From positions 114,712-178,711 of the forward strand of contig RDEW01000011.1 of the NCBI GenBank assembly GCA_011109175.1: DNA of 64,000 bases, read 5' to 3'. The position numbers were made by a program, and so were the translations under genes. This document shows, one piece after another, positions 25,539-37,527 of this stretch (position 1 is the first letter of the stretch; every line of letters starts with the position of its first letter). This stretch comes from Dicyema japonicum. Lineage: Eukaryota > Animalia > Dicyemida. The notes under the pieces are model-generated. The model had not been told where the DNA came from and did not search any database. It was given only the letters and a program-made list of their open reading frames with translations.

Positions 25539-26047
25539 TTGTGTAATCTCTTCAATGCAACAATGTGGGGTCGGAGGAGGAGCATCGAGCAGGATGAGGT
25601 CTCTACTGGTGTATGTCAGGATCACTTAAGTGGTTAGTTGATGTTACCGTGGTCTTTGGAATTCTCATTTTTCAACATAGAATACATTCCCTAAGGGAAT
25701 AATTACTTAATTAAGGGACATTCTTACACCTGAATGACCTTATTATTTATAAAGATGTTGCCCATGATGATGTTAAACACAATAGCCCTCTTGTTAAATT
25801 ATACTTAAGGGCTCTAAGTCGTAGTCTATCATATAAAAAAAGTCGAACATCTCAGTAAATAATCGAGGTCAAGCAGCCCATATAGTTAGGTTAAGGGTTG
25901 TCACTCCTAAATTACACACGTGCTTGATTGACCGTTGAAATTACCCTTTGTGTCCAATGACCGTATAATCTGTTCCTACAATCAGTTAAGAAGACTAGTA
26001 AATGAATAGTACAAACCTTCATTTGTGTAATCTCCTCAATGCAACAA
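25539..26047 (+). repeat. 25-bp direct repeats bracketing a LINE 3' end plus about 350 bp of unrelated sequence
   Basis: TTGTGTAATCTC(T/C)TCAATGCAACAA at 25539-25563 and 26023-26047 (24/25 identical); RMRSLLVYVRIT* and the LINE 3'UTR lie at 25565-25670. Confidence 0.7.
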
Positions 26048-26585
26048 ATCACAGTAATATCTACTGCTTAACACATTCGTGAATAAAGCTTATAAACTGT
26101 CCAAGTGAGGTCTTTCGTCAGATCAAAGTATGTTTGATAATTAAACTAATCCCTGTCTGACTAGTGTGACATCATAGGCATTTGAAGAATTCACTATATC
26201 AATTGCGTAATCAAACTTTTATGTCGACTGACGTCTCAAAACCCCCTGGAATCGATAAGATTTTCAAGAGGGGTTTGCTGGCCTAAAAGTAAACGGGGCA
26301 CAATTCACATACAAGTCACATAGAGATGGTCACAAGGTCACTAAATTGCCACAGCTATAAGCGATAATTCCTCTCAATCGCACATAATAAACAACTGAAG
26401 GCTAAGTAGCAGTATTTCCTCTCAATCGTCTATGTTTGACTCCACGTGTTGTAATACGGAATTATACCATACTTGGGTCAATCAACCAAATCCTTAAACG
26501 ACATAAATTGAATGAAGACATCGGTCAATGTAAAAGCAACCAAAATCGGACCCTCGGAGAAAATTAAACATAAATATAAAAATAG

Positions 26586-27125
26586 TCATTTTCTGTTATG
26601 GCACGAATATGTGATCGATTCCAAAGCCTTCAGGTCATCTTCCAACGTGTCATTACATAAGTTTAGTATTCCAAACGTATCCACAAACTCAAAATTGGGG
26701 GGATGTCGACATGTCTCCATCGAGAATATCAGCTCCTCTTTATTTTCAGTAAACCCAGTATCACAGACTACGCGCTTTTGCGAAGCCAGCATAGGTCTCG
26801 TACCATCCTCACACGAGGATAACTCTACGAGGGTTTCCTTTTCAGGAGGCTCTGGTAGTCCCCAACCTCCTTTCCTTGTTCCTCCATATCGATAGTAGAA
26901 GGTCCTTCATTCATCCTTCCATGTTCCTCCAAAAAGTCCCGCTCAAAATCGAAAGGGAACTGAAATGAGGAGATAAAGACACCTCATGAAGCAAATCCAT
27001 GTTTGTTATAAAGTTAATTTCCTCCGCACAATGCTACCACCAAAATTAGTGATTCTGTACCTTTTTCGTTGGAATTGGCTTTAAAAAGGTGAATGTGAGT
27101 TTTGATAATATTTTGTGGCCATCTA
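26586..27125 (-). CDS. Probable host gene, unidentified
   Basis: Exon-like ORFs (NFITNMDLLHE|FPFDFERDFLEEH...; TENKEELIFSMETC...) with a 23-nt GT-AG intron; apparent frameshift. Confidence 0.35.
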
Positions 27126-27279
27126 AAAGGTAATTTACCAAAAATAATAAATAAATTGAGCATCACAAACTATCAGGCATAATAATATCTAATCTAATTT
27201 ATTCAAATTATTTATTTAATATTAAATGAATAAAATTTATGATTAATTGTTCATTTTTCAATCAATATTCGATAATATA

Positions 27280-27576
27280 GCCAGTTGGCATATAGTGGCC
27301 GGTTGGCATAGTGGCCGGGTGGCATAGTGGTCAGGTGTCGGACTAAAGTGACTTCCACGATCTACGATGCTAAAAAGGCTTGACGAGTGACTCCGTCATC
27401 AGTGGACTCTCACTGCGGAACTGGATTGTCTAGAAAGGACCAACACACAAGAAAAAGGAAGTGAAGATCATTCCTTTGTTCTAGTTAAAATTAACTGTTC
27501 TTTACTTAAATAAAGTGTGTGTCCTGCCTATGCGGAGCTATAAATATTATGGCTCCGTGAAAAAGGCTGTTATTAT
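27280..27576 (+). mobile_element. SINE family A with 14-bp TSD and triplicated 5' end
   Basis: TATTCGATAATATA at 27266-27279 and 27577-27590; starts gccagttggcatatagtg-gccggttggcatagtg-gccgggtggcatagtg; B-box region deleted. Confidence 0.9.
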
Positions 27577-28199
27577 TATTCGATAATATAACCTTAGCTT
27601 TATTTAACAAACATGCAACATGCACCAGCGTTAGTGCGGTATTTTTTGTTTGTTTCTTCTGTTCTTCCTCCCTTTTGCCTCTAAAGAGCTTTAATAGTAA
27701 GGTTCACTTTCTCTGGTGACGCCAGATATAATGCTAAAGTTTATCCAAACAGGACTATTAGTCAACAGCCATCCAGAGGAGTTCCTTCTTTTCAACTCCG
27801 AGCATGCGAAGACTATGAGGGAGGCTGGGATCACCTTAATTTTTTCATTCTTGCTATGACGATGTTTTTCTGATTCAATAAATTTGTTTAATTTATCTTT
27901 ATTTAACAAACCTAAAAGCTACTATTTTACAATTAACAACCTTTTTCGCCTGCCTGTTTGCAAGTCTCTCAGGCAGGTTCGATTTGGTTGCTGAACCAGC
28001 TCCGAGAGCGCATTGTCTAAATGAGCTTTCTGCCCATATGGGCTCTTTAGACTTTGCTTTAAAACCAAGTTTATCTTAGATCAGCATTGAAAAAATTCTT
28101 ACAAGCGAGATGAAAGAAGCTGTAATATAGACTCATGTTGACAAAAAGGCCCGATTGGACATCGAAGTAAGTGACTCGCTTTTTTAAGCTTTGTGACCA

Positions 28200-28640
28200 C
28201 CTTGCTTGGAGTGTCCTATCGTTGTACTTTCTCGCAATTCATTCCCACGTCATTACTATTTGAATAACGAGAACCTTGCAACCAAGCATCTGCTCCATGT
28301 CACTTGCAAGCGAATCATACTTACTTTTTTTCCCGCTTACACAGTCTGTAACAGTCTTGGGACGTAATTCCAACTTCTATTATAAGGACGTGGCCAGACT
28401 CCTTATCGTGTACCACAATGTCCGGTCCATTTCGCTTGACAACCACCAAGGTGACAACACTGTCTACCTTGATTCGGACCCTGATGTTCTCTACAACAGA
28501 ATGCACCTTATGATTCACAACTCTGGTGTGACGAATACCATATTTATTGAATAGTTGAAGATGAAAACTCCTCACTACCTCGTTATGTCTTCACACATAG
28601 TCGTGGTAGATTATGGATCCGATTGCCGTAGAAATGGAAA
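28200..28640 (-). mobile_element. R4/Dong-like element, RLE domain
   Basis: HLQLFNKYG...RIKVDSVV...NGPDIVVHDK...LIIEVGITSQD (PD..E endonuclease motif). Confidence 0.8.
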
Positions 28641-29103
28641 AAACCCTTTAATATAAAAACCTCGATGACTTATTAATGGTTTACGTTGATATAATATCAT
28701 GTAGCGTTCTTAAAATGAACCTAAAATACAAAAAAAACTAAAAAAATTCTTCTATAAAAATCTATTCTCACAGATTCTTAGCACAAAAATTCGGAACGAG
28801 CATGGGAACTTCACCTTGAAAATGCTACATGTCATGTAAAACAAATTCATTCAAACTGGACAATCTCAATGATCAAAGGGATGAAAAAGTATCTGAAATT
28901 ATAGAGGAATTATTATATAATCGTGAATCAAGAGAAAATGAAACGATAAAAGGAACCCTCAGACAAATTAATGATTTGGAAGAATCCATTTTAGATATTT
29001 CTCCGATTCCCTGAGTTTTACTCGTTTAGGATAAACTACAGCTAAACTTGAAAAATAAATTTGTATTTGGAAATAGAATTGAATATTTTTTGCCATACAC
29101 CAC

Positions 29104-29520
29104 AATTATTATTATTATTAAAAAGCACTCCCGAAAAAACATAAAATTAGTTAAGTTTCCTTGTGCCGTATTCCGAATATTCCGTCCTGAAGTAGTACAC
29201 TGTTTGTCTACAATGCCAGACTGAACTATCTATGAGAGCGACCGGTATTTGCTACTTAATAGTCGCTGTCTCCACAAGTTAGTGAGGCTGGGGTTCTTAA
29301 CTAACTAATCCCCTTCGTCTTAGTTTTTTCTAAGATGTCAAGACTAGGTGGATAACGAGAAGGATCAGATGAACGGAAGTTTGGGGTTTAAGGAACTCTA
29401 GTTAATATAGCTGTTAGTGTTGTTAGTAATTTAATCTGCAGAACTTTTGAACTCAGTTTGATTGTAATACTGTAAAATGTCGTCGGTCTCTTAGTTAGTG
29501 TAGAATTACTGCCGAAGATC
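29104..29520 (-). mobile_element. RTE LINE derivative, 3' end
   Basis: Terminal cggaatacggcacaaggaaacttaactaattttatgttttttcgggagtgctttttaataataa matches 3140-3200 and 55922-55990. Confidence 0.7.
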
Positions 29521-30078
29521 AATTAATGTGATTAACCCAATCAATGTCAAGAATAAGTAGGATTGGTCTATTTTGTGTTTTTCATTGACGTCATTACAAA
29601 TCAAAATTGATTTATCGTAAACAATAATTCTCAGCTGCCTAAATCTCTTCATTTGGATTTTCCCAGAGTCAAGGTTCTGAAATTGGAGTTCTTTAACGAG
29701 TGGTTGATCGAAACCTTCGTATATTTACTGTTTCTTGGTTTTTTGACTTTTATAAGATCGAGAAGGGTTTCTATGATAGTGCTGGTATCATAGATTACAG
29801 TTATAGTCTTCATGATTATGGAGAGCTATTCTAATGGGCGAGACCATTCGTCCCCGCGTGGTTTCCCGAAAGTGTGATAGCAAGCAGAGAATTGCCGGTC
29901 TTGGTGTTTATGTCCCACGAACGAAAAAAGTTTTTTTATTACAAGATCATTAAAATTTCTATCGAGTTGCAATATGCCATATAAGATTCATAACAGAAGA
30001 ATATATGGAAAGGACAGTTTACAAATAATACCAACTCCATTACAGTTATTCACTATCCTAAGGATATTTCTTTGCGAG

Positions 30079-30138
30079 GGATCGGGGAGAGTGGAGAAAA
30101 TTGGCTCATGAGATCTCCAAGGGTCGGACACGACTTAA
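30079..30138 (+). mobile_element. BovB-like RTE 3' terminus
   Basis: DRGEWRKLAHEISKGRTRLN and gggtcggacacgact resemble the BovB end DREAWRAAIHGVAKSRTRL / GAGTCGGACACGACT; only 60 bp. Confidence 0.55.
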
Positions 30139-30788
30139 TTTGGATAACATAAAATAACAAGGATATTTCTAAACAATTCAATTAGCAACAAATGACGCTG
30201 TGGTTCACCTTGTGGTGTTTTTACTTCCCCATTGGTTTTCCACGGGAGTTTCCAATGGCGGCCATTGACCGGGCACAAAGCATTAACTCCATGGAGATCC
30301 TCCCAACGTCTAAGCAACAAATCGCAATCAAAACAGTATCTAAACAATTTCTTAACCGCTTTATGCACACAAAAAATTTCTAATAAAAGCACATTACCAT
30401 AATACGCAACAATAAAATAATCAAAATATCATTCACAGAAAAACAATATAGCCCTTTCAAAGAAAAACCGTTAATGACAACAAAAACTAATTAACTGAGC
30501 TCTCAGCTGCTAGGAGAAAGCAGGTATTCCAACAGAAAATGGACATTCCAAGATGCTAACAAAACTAAATAATTACGGTAGATCACAAACAAAACAGACT
30601 CAACAAATTACGCAAAGCCACAACACCCCAATAATGCGATGTTTCAAACATTTCACACTACAAAATATACAAAAAAAGCACACACAACCACTAATCAATT
30701 TCTTAGTAAACTCCCTTATCTAATCATAACAACAAAAAAGCCAATGACAATAAGTAATTGAGATTACAAATTATCTAATTAGTAGATT

Positions 30789-31416
30789 CTATTTTAATCT
30801 CTTATAGTACTCTCTCTCCCTTATGTAAGGGTTCGTTCTACTCACCCATTCCTCATCAAATGCCCTACTCTCATCTACAGTCAATATAGATAGTAACCCT
30901 CTCTCATCCCATAATATTCGTTATGCTCCACAATTCCTCCTGACTGCCCAGTCCTCGATCTCTCAACACCTGTCCTCGATCTCCTATAAAATGACCAATC
31001 GCCATCTTCTCCAGTCCACTCTTTGAGTCCTTCACCGCCTTTCTGCTCTCCTTCAACTGAAAGTAACAGACGGAACTAACCCCGCCTGGACCTCTCCTCT
31101 CGGACTTGCTCATCTGGTACACCTGAGGGGCACTCCCGTCGCCTTTGTTTGTATAGGAATAGACACTCTGGGATGTATAGCAGTTCGAAGACTCTTGCGG
31201 CTGTTCCATCATATAAGCAAAGTCATCGAAAACTGAAAATCACCTAAAAAGCTACAATTCCTTCGAGAGACTTTGTTTTTTCCGCCTTCCTTGATAGCCC
31301 TCTTCTTTCGACCAGAAAACATATCAAAGGGATCAAAGAAATCATCTCTGATATTGCTAGAAAATTAAATCGAAATAGAACCCAAAAAAGGGATCGTCAC
31401 CAAAGCCACCAAACAT
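30789..31416 (-). CDS. MLF: Myeloid leukemia factor homolog
   Basis: MFGGFGDDPFF...SVYSY...PQVYQ..ERRGPGGV|KESRKAVKDSKSGLEKMAIGHFIGDR...AFDEEW; 1-nt frameshift near 30964. Confidence 0.85.
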
Positions 31417-32039
31417 CTAGAAATTTCTATGTTAAAAAAATATATCGTTATTCGGTTTACCAATTTAAATATTGAAATAATGAATAATTTAAATTATAAT
31501 TTTATTAAAATTATGTTATAATGCTGGAGTTTAACACATGAACTTTTTTGATGATAAAATTTCATTAACTTATTCACGAATATATTTGATTAAATTAAGA
31601 ATTTAATAGAATTTTATTGATTTTTATTACATCACCAATAAAATCGACCTTTTTTCATCCTCACGAACATATAGATTTTGATTATAGCAAATTTTAGAGA
31701 TTGGGTGGAATCATAACTAACCGATTGAGATTATGGAGTGTCAGTTATTTAATGTTTGCCAAATAATTGTTTAGCTGTGTTTTTTTTGCGATGGGTAAAG
31801 AGTCTTCCTGGTGTCTTTCCCTCGCTACTACATTTAGTCTTGAAGCCAATTATCAATCCAAAATCGAAGAAGGTTTTTTATCATATCTTGGCAGGACTCC
31901 GTGTATGATTTGACTGATTTTTCCGATCAAATAAATAACTTTAAAATCTTACTTTAATTTAATATTTTTCCTATCATTTGAATAACTTCTTTAATTAGTC
32001 TTAAGGCTGATGATAAAAAATAAAGAAACAATCAACCGA

Positions 32040-32150
32040 GGTTATACCGTAGCCTTCCTGACTGCGTGGTTATTCCCTCTCTGGATGGCGACGTGATTCG
32101 CTTAAATATCCAGCACCGCACACAGAGATCTCCTGTTCGTGTAGAAAGGC
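32040..32150 (-). mobile_element. CRE-like element 3' end
   Basis: Minus strand GDLC..CWIFKRITSPSREGITTQS, a degenerate form of RISLAIxRGNxHAV. Confidence 0.6.
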
Positions 32151-32399
32151 TGATTATATAAAAATATCATTTTTTGAAACTAATAAATCTCTTAGAATGG
32201 AATGTAAGCAAAAAGTTGTCAAGTTCAATTTTTTAAAGTTCTTTTCTCTTTTTGTGTTATTTTGTGCTTGCAAGCTCTCCAATTGTTTCGACAAACTCCA
32301 TCGGTCTAAGGCTAAACATTCCCAACGTCTCGGCAGAGATCTACTAAAATGTAATCTGCAAGTTAAATTTAAATATGTATCCTCTTTAGTATTTTTGGA

Positions 32400-32665
32400 T
32401 AGTGGATATAGCTGAAAGGGGTTTTATTCAGTTCCTTTGGTCAGAGTGGGGCGTCTTTCTTTCCAATTATCCGCTATCCTAGTAACCCCTCTACTGGAGT
32501 AGGAAAGAGAAATCGTTTTTGGATATCGACCAGTCATTGCACGTCTCTTGAGTTAGGTAGATCCATTGATGCCTTTAAGAATTGAAGAAGGGTTTCAGCA
32601 GATAGGAAATCCTCAGCGAAGTAGCGGTGTTGGAAATGAGCCCACAATGAAATGCGATTGACAGA
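32400..32665 (-). mobile_element. SINE family C copy
   Basis: Reverse-complement family-C body plus B-box-like gggctcatttcc. Confidence 0.55.
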
Positions 32666-32679
32666 AACTAACTTATATG

Positions 32680-32850
32680 CAGAGCCATATTAGCTATAGC
32701 TTCGCTCAGGCAGGACACACACTTTATTTAAGTAAAGTTATCATAACTAATCGATGAGGGGAAACCAAGAAGTGCTGTTCAGTTCTTTTGTGAGTCCTTA
32801 AAAAACCACCCGGTTCCGCAGTGGAAATGTTCACTGCGTCACTCATCAAG
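32680..32850 (-). mobile_element. SINE family A, 5'-truncated
   Basis: gagccatattagctatagcttcgctcaggcaggacacacactttatttaagtaaag. Confidence 0.75.
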
Positions 32851-33049
32851 TGTGGAATCTGAATGAAAAATATCACAGAAATACATTTATGAAACCTTAA
32901 AAGCAAATAGCTGTACAATATTCTAGAAAAGACTTCCGTAAGGACAACTTGTCTTTCGAATTAAATCAAAGATTTTATCTGAACCTATCAGCGAGCAAGG
33001 AAGTGACGTTATATGGTTTCGATGATGGGTAGTGTATCTCTTTCTGGGA

Positions 33050-33990
33050 ACAAATGTGGTCTAGAAATGAGATGCCCGTGTCATATGACAGTGTTGGTGT
33101 TGAGGGCATGTTGGCAAAGTTCACGAATGAATTTATCTTGGATGTTATTAAACGGCTCCTCGATTGGAAGGTGTGCGGATGGGATGGGTCTAACAATTGC
33201 TTTATTAAGAAAATAGAATCTTTACGTGGCTTTTTTTGTAGTGAGATTATTTATATTAAAATAACCTATTCAATTCCTAAAAAGGATGATTGTGAGACTC
33301 CTATGACTTACGTCCTATAACGTGTATGTCAACATCATATAAACTTGTTACCAAATGTGTTAATGCTAAACTCTCAGATTTTGTGGATTCGTTTGGGCTA
33401 TTATCCAACAATCAGCTGGGGACGAGGAAACATTGCTAGGGCGCTAAGGAACAGGTTCTTATTAAGCAATGCTTAACTAAGGAGTATGGAAACGCCCTTT
33501 ATTCTGCTGGGTTGATGTGGGGAAGGCCTTTGATTCTGTGATCATGAATTTTTATTTATGTATTGGACTGTTGTGGAATACATCGTTGGACCATAGTCAA
33601 GAAGTGGACTTTATATCTCCACCTAGATGGAAGAAGAGTTGGTTCTGTAAAGCTGGGACGTGGAATTCTGCAAGGAGATTCATATTCCCCGCAACTATTT
33701 CTTATCATGGATTTTCAGTCCCTCAAGACAATCCAGACTCAATATTTGCTTGATAAAATTAATTGTAAAAAATTACACTCTATGCTCTTCAGATGCACGG
33801 AGGAACCCAATGTTGATGTAGGAACTTCCAATGGATGGTTATCAAAAGGAAATATCGGCCCAAGTCCCTTTTACAAGACAGGAATTTGTTCTTTTCTATG
33901 TCGGGGACATTGTGTAACCATTGCAAGAAAAACAAGAAGACTTTTGATCACTTGGATGCAGAGTATGTGGAATCAAAAGGCTAGAAATTT
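33050..33990 (+). mobile_element. R4/Dong-like RT relic with internal deletion
   Basis: TYSIPKKDDCETP, PITCMSTSYKLVTKC, NNQLGTRKHC*GAKEQVLI, DVGKAFDSV, GRGILQGDSYSPQLF, then jumps to KKLHSMLFRC..GWLSKGNI. Confidence 0.85.
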
Positions 33991-34082
33991 GTAGGGGAAT
34001 TCAGTTCAGTCTATTCTACCCACACAGAATGTTGAGAACAGAGTCGATACGTCGATTCTGACTGAAACGAAAGCATAGTTCA

Positions 34083-34830
34083 ACTATTTATTTAGAACCC
34101 CGGGATAACTAAGAAAGAAAGACAGAAAAAAGGTCAGACAGTTAGGTAATCCAGTTCCCGCAATCAAACAAGCCATCCAACGTCTGTGGTCTCTCATTGT
34201 TCTCACTACCGTGCGCGAAAGAGCCTTCTCTCATCCCTGCAGAGGAATCCGATTGAGGAGGGGAACTTCCTAACCAATTGACTTTCTTTTGCTTTGGAAA
34301 GCTAAGTGGGTTTCTTTCCTCTTTACAGACCCGAAGGAATCTGGTTCCATGACTACGGGTCGCAGCTTCTGTGAATAGGGTATTAACCGTTGATCCAGAA
34401 TGAGGGCCCATCATAAGTATAGCTTTCCGCTATATTGAATTGATTCTGTGGAGCGTAGTCTTGATAACGCGAATCCATGCAAGAGGCATACTCCAAACCC
34501 GATAGTTTGTCGGTAGAGTTTTTCAATAGAAACATCCAAATTCAAAGGAGTCCTCAGGACAAGCGCGCGTACAACATTTAACTTCTGTAAGCTTTTAGTG
34601 AGGACTTTCTTCGCTTGTGAGTTAAAATTCAACAGCCTGTCGAACATTAATCCAAGAATTGAAAGAGACCTTGTCACCGGGATCTGAACAGGACCAATGA
34701 AAATTCTTGGATCTTCTTTTGAACGACGGTCTGAGGTGAACAGTGTACATAGTGATTTTTCGACAAAAATAGTTAGTCGGTTAGCAGTCAACCTATCATA
34801 GACTGTGTTTTCTCTCGCCTGGGCATTACA
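34083..34830 (-). mobile_element. I/Jockey-like LINE 3' portion with (TAAA)n tail
   Basis: SILGLMFDRLLNFNSQAKKV..LYRQTI; 3' end atcccggggttctaaataaata shared with 40080 and 56875. Confidence 0.85.
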
Positions 34831-35329
34831 GTTCAACAAACCAGATATTTCGTGTATAATAAGATCAAGAATGAATAATGCTAATAGAAGTGGGAATTAT
34901 ATCTCAGGATCACCTAAACAGGTGAAAGTAGAAAAATGTCACAAGTACGACCTCCTCGCAAGTGAGCTATTGCTTCTCTACGATTGTCAAGTAAAGATTA
35001 TCCTACTGAGTTGTCTCGAAATGCTTCAAAAACTATATAGATGAACTATCTGTTAAAAGAGCAACTAGAACTTACACCCAGCCAGTTTTATTGAAAAGGA
35101 CTCTCGAAAGCATGATAATTGAACACAAACACGGGATGGAGGTTTCTGATGGAGAGCACACCTCTGCTACCTCATAACTTGTAGAACTGGCATGCCGTGA
35201 AGACATCCAACTGGACTCTAACAGAGATATTTCGACTGACTCTGATGTGGAGATTGGGAATAACAGGGAGTTGATGGCACATTCTTCTAAGAGAAGGAGA
35301 GGGATCACCAGTAATCTGGATTAAAATCC

Positions 35330-37206
35330 GCTTCATTGAAATTTATTTCCAAAGACCAAAATTAAAGACAAAAACAAAAAAATTATGTGATCTCGCGAAT
35401 TTCAATAGGGTTCTCAGCTTGGCCCGGTGGTCTACCCTCGATCCAACACAAGCACGCAGTGGACGAGTGATCCTCTGGTATCACTGAATTTGGCCTCCTT
35501 TTCTTATTATTAGGTCTTGCAAGGGGTAGGTGTAGAATTTAGATAGCCTTTGATCCAGTTTTCTATCACGGAAAACGCTCTTTTCTGGGTTGCCGCAATT
35601 CTTGGGCATTCGTCCAAGAAATTGAGGGGCCCCAAATGCATATGGTATGCATGGCTCGACGTACTGGCTGTATAGTGATTTCAGAACGGGATGACTTCCG
35701 ATCTTCCATAAACCAGAGATCCCCTTCAAAAGGTTGATTTTCTTTTCACATTTAGTTAAAACATTTCCCACGTGGCGCAAGAAAGTCATATGTGTGTCGA
35801 ATACTACTCCCAGGATCTTCTGCCATTTTTGGAATGGCACTTGCTTCCATCTGTTTCTAAATCGACTGTCCTGTTGGATATTCTCTTATTAACCGATTTT
35901 TCCGGGCTGATCGACTGACTGTTTTCATTTAACCAGTAGATTAAGCAGTTTACAAGTAATCTCTCCGAGGCGACCTGAACGTCTTGATCCCTGGATGAAA
36001 TAACAATATCATCTGCATAAGTCAGTAAAAAGTCATCCTCATGCTCCGAAGTCGGGATATCATTCAAAAAAATTGAAGAGTATAAGGGACAGCGGAGATC
36101 CTTGAGGCATTCCATTTGGAATCAAACGGGAGCTCGACCGTAGGTTTCCCAAACAGACTCGTCATCTTCGCCCACTGAGGAAATTCACCAGCCAGAGTTT
36201 GAAATTCTAGGTTTCTCCCTTGCAGAATGATGTCATATGTGTGATACACCACTTTGTCAAGGGAGGAGAAATCCTCCAGATTTACGTCAGCCAAACGATA
36301 TTCAGTAATAATCCGGAAAAGACTCCAGTTTGCGGATTTGTACATGTAGGTTGGCTTCTTCTCATCACAAAATACCTCTCTCCTGATCTTCAATAAAATA
36401 GGATTGTGGTCGCTTCTGGTATCGTATATGACGGACCAAGTTACTTTTGTAGAGAGAGTTGGAGAGCAGAGAGTGATGTCTGGGGATGTAGGTTGGTCAG
36501 AATTCCTGAAAGGGGTTCTTGTGTGTTTCAGGGGTCAATAAGATCATCAGTTTTCTAGATTGCGAGAGTAGAAGTCTTCCTCTTGCATCGGCAAGCAGAC
36601 TTGACAGGCAAAGGGGATGTTTAGCTTTCAGGTCTCCGCAGATCAAGATATCCCCCATATTATCGAAAGTAGATAAGTCAACCATTGAATACTTCATAGG
36701 GCATGAGCCGGGAGGAGGTATATAGACGTTCACCAGAAACAATTTTCCTTTTGTTGAACTCACAGAGATTCCAATGGTTTCCGTGGTTTCATAGTCCCCA
36801 AGAAGTTTCTTTATTTCTAATGAACGGTCCTGATACTTGAGTAGTCCACCACCCACATTTATTTGTACGATCTTTCAGAATAACAATGAATCCAGGAAAA
36901 ATAGGCGTAGAGTCTTTCGGAGTCAATTTAGACTCTTGAATCAGTAGGACGTCAATTTTGATTTTTGAGATGAGTGTTCTGAGCTCCAAGATTTTATCTT
37001 TGATTCCATTCACGTTGAGCTGGATCACTGAAATCCGGTCCTTTTGTTTTCGAGGGGTACACGTCCGGGAAGCTGATACCGATCCAGAAATTCGCCTACC
37101 GGGGGTGACATTACTCTCCGGTGAAAGAAAGCAAATGGTCTTTTTCTGAAGTGCCTTACGTGCACTCTGAGCGCCTCCATGGCTATTGTGTCTGGTGGAC
37201 CACATG
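35330..37206 (-). mobile_element. I/Jockey-like LINE, decayed APE and RT
   Basis: ISVIQLNVNGI..DVLLIQESKL, GGGLL, VNVYIPP, ILICGDL, LTYADDIVI, ILGVVFDTHMTF, LYSQYVEPCI; multiple frameshifts and deletions. Confidence 0.9.
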
Positions 37207-37217
37207 ACGCCACGTTT

Positions 37218-37527
37218 TTTTAATAGCCTTTTCACGAGAGCCATAATATTTATAGCTCCGCATAGGCAGGACATACACTTTATTTAAGTAAAGAACAGTT
37301 AATTTTAACTAATCGTAGAACCAAGGAATGATCTTCACTTCTTTTTTTGTGTGTGGGTCCTTTCTAGACAATCCAGTTCCGCAGTGAGTATCCACTGATG
37401 ACGGCGTCACTCGTCAAACCATTTCTGCATCGAATCGTGGAACCTTCCACCAGGTGAACAGCAGCGAGAATGGAAACCGTAACCTAAGTCACTTTAGCCC
37501 GACACCTAACCACTATGCCACCCGGCT
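37218..37527 (-). mobile_element. SINE family A full-length (head type 1) at the 5' end of the LINE relic
   Basis: Full head, body and tail; ACGCCACGTTT flanks it at 37207-37217 and 37549-37559; about 21 extra nt lie between the head and the right repeat. Confidence 0.9.

Noticed and set aside
37380-37420. Hammerhead ribozyme in the antisense strand of SINE A (CTGATGA core)
   Set aside because: CTGATGA is followed by a TGACG/CGTCA hairpin and CAAA rather than stem II plus GAAA; no complete core.
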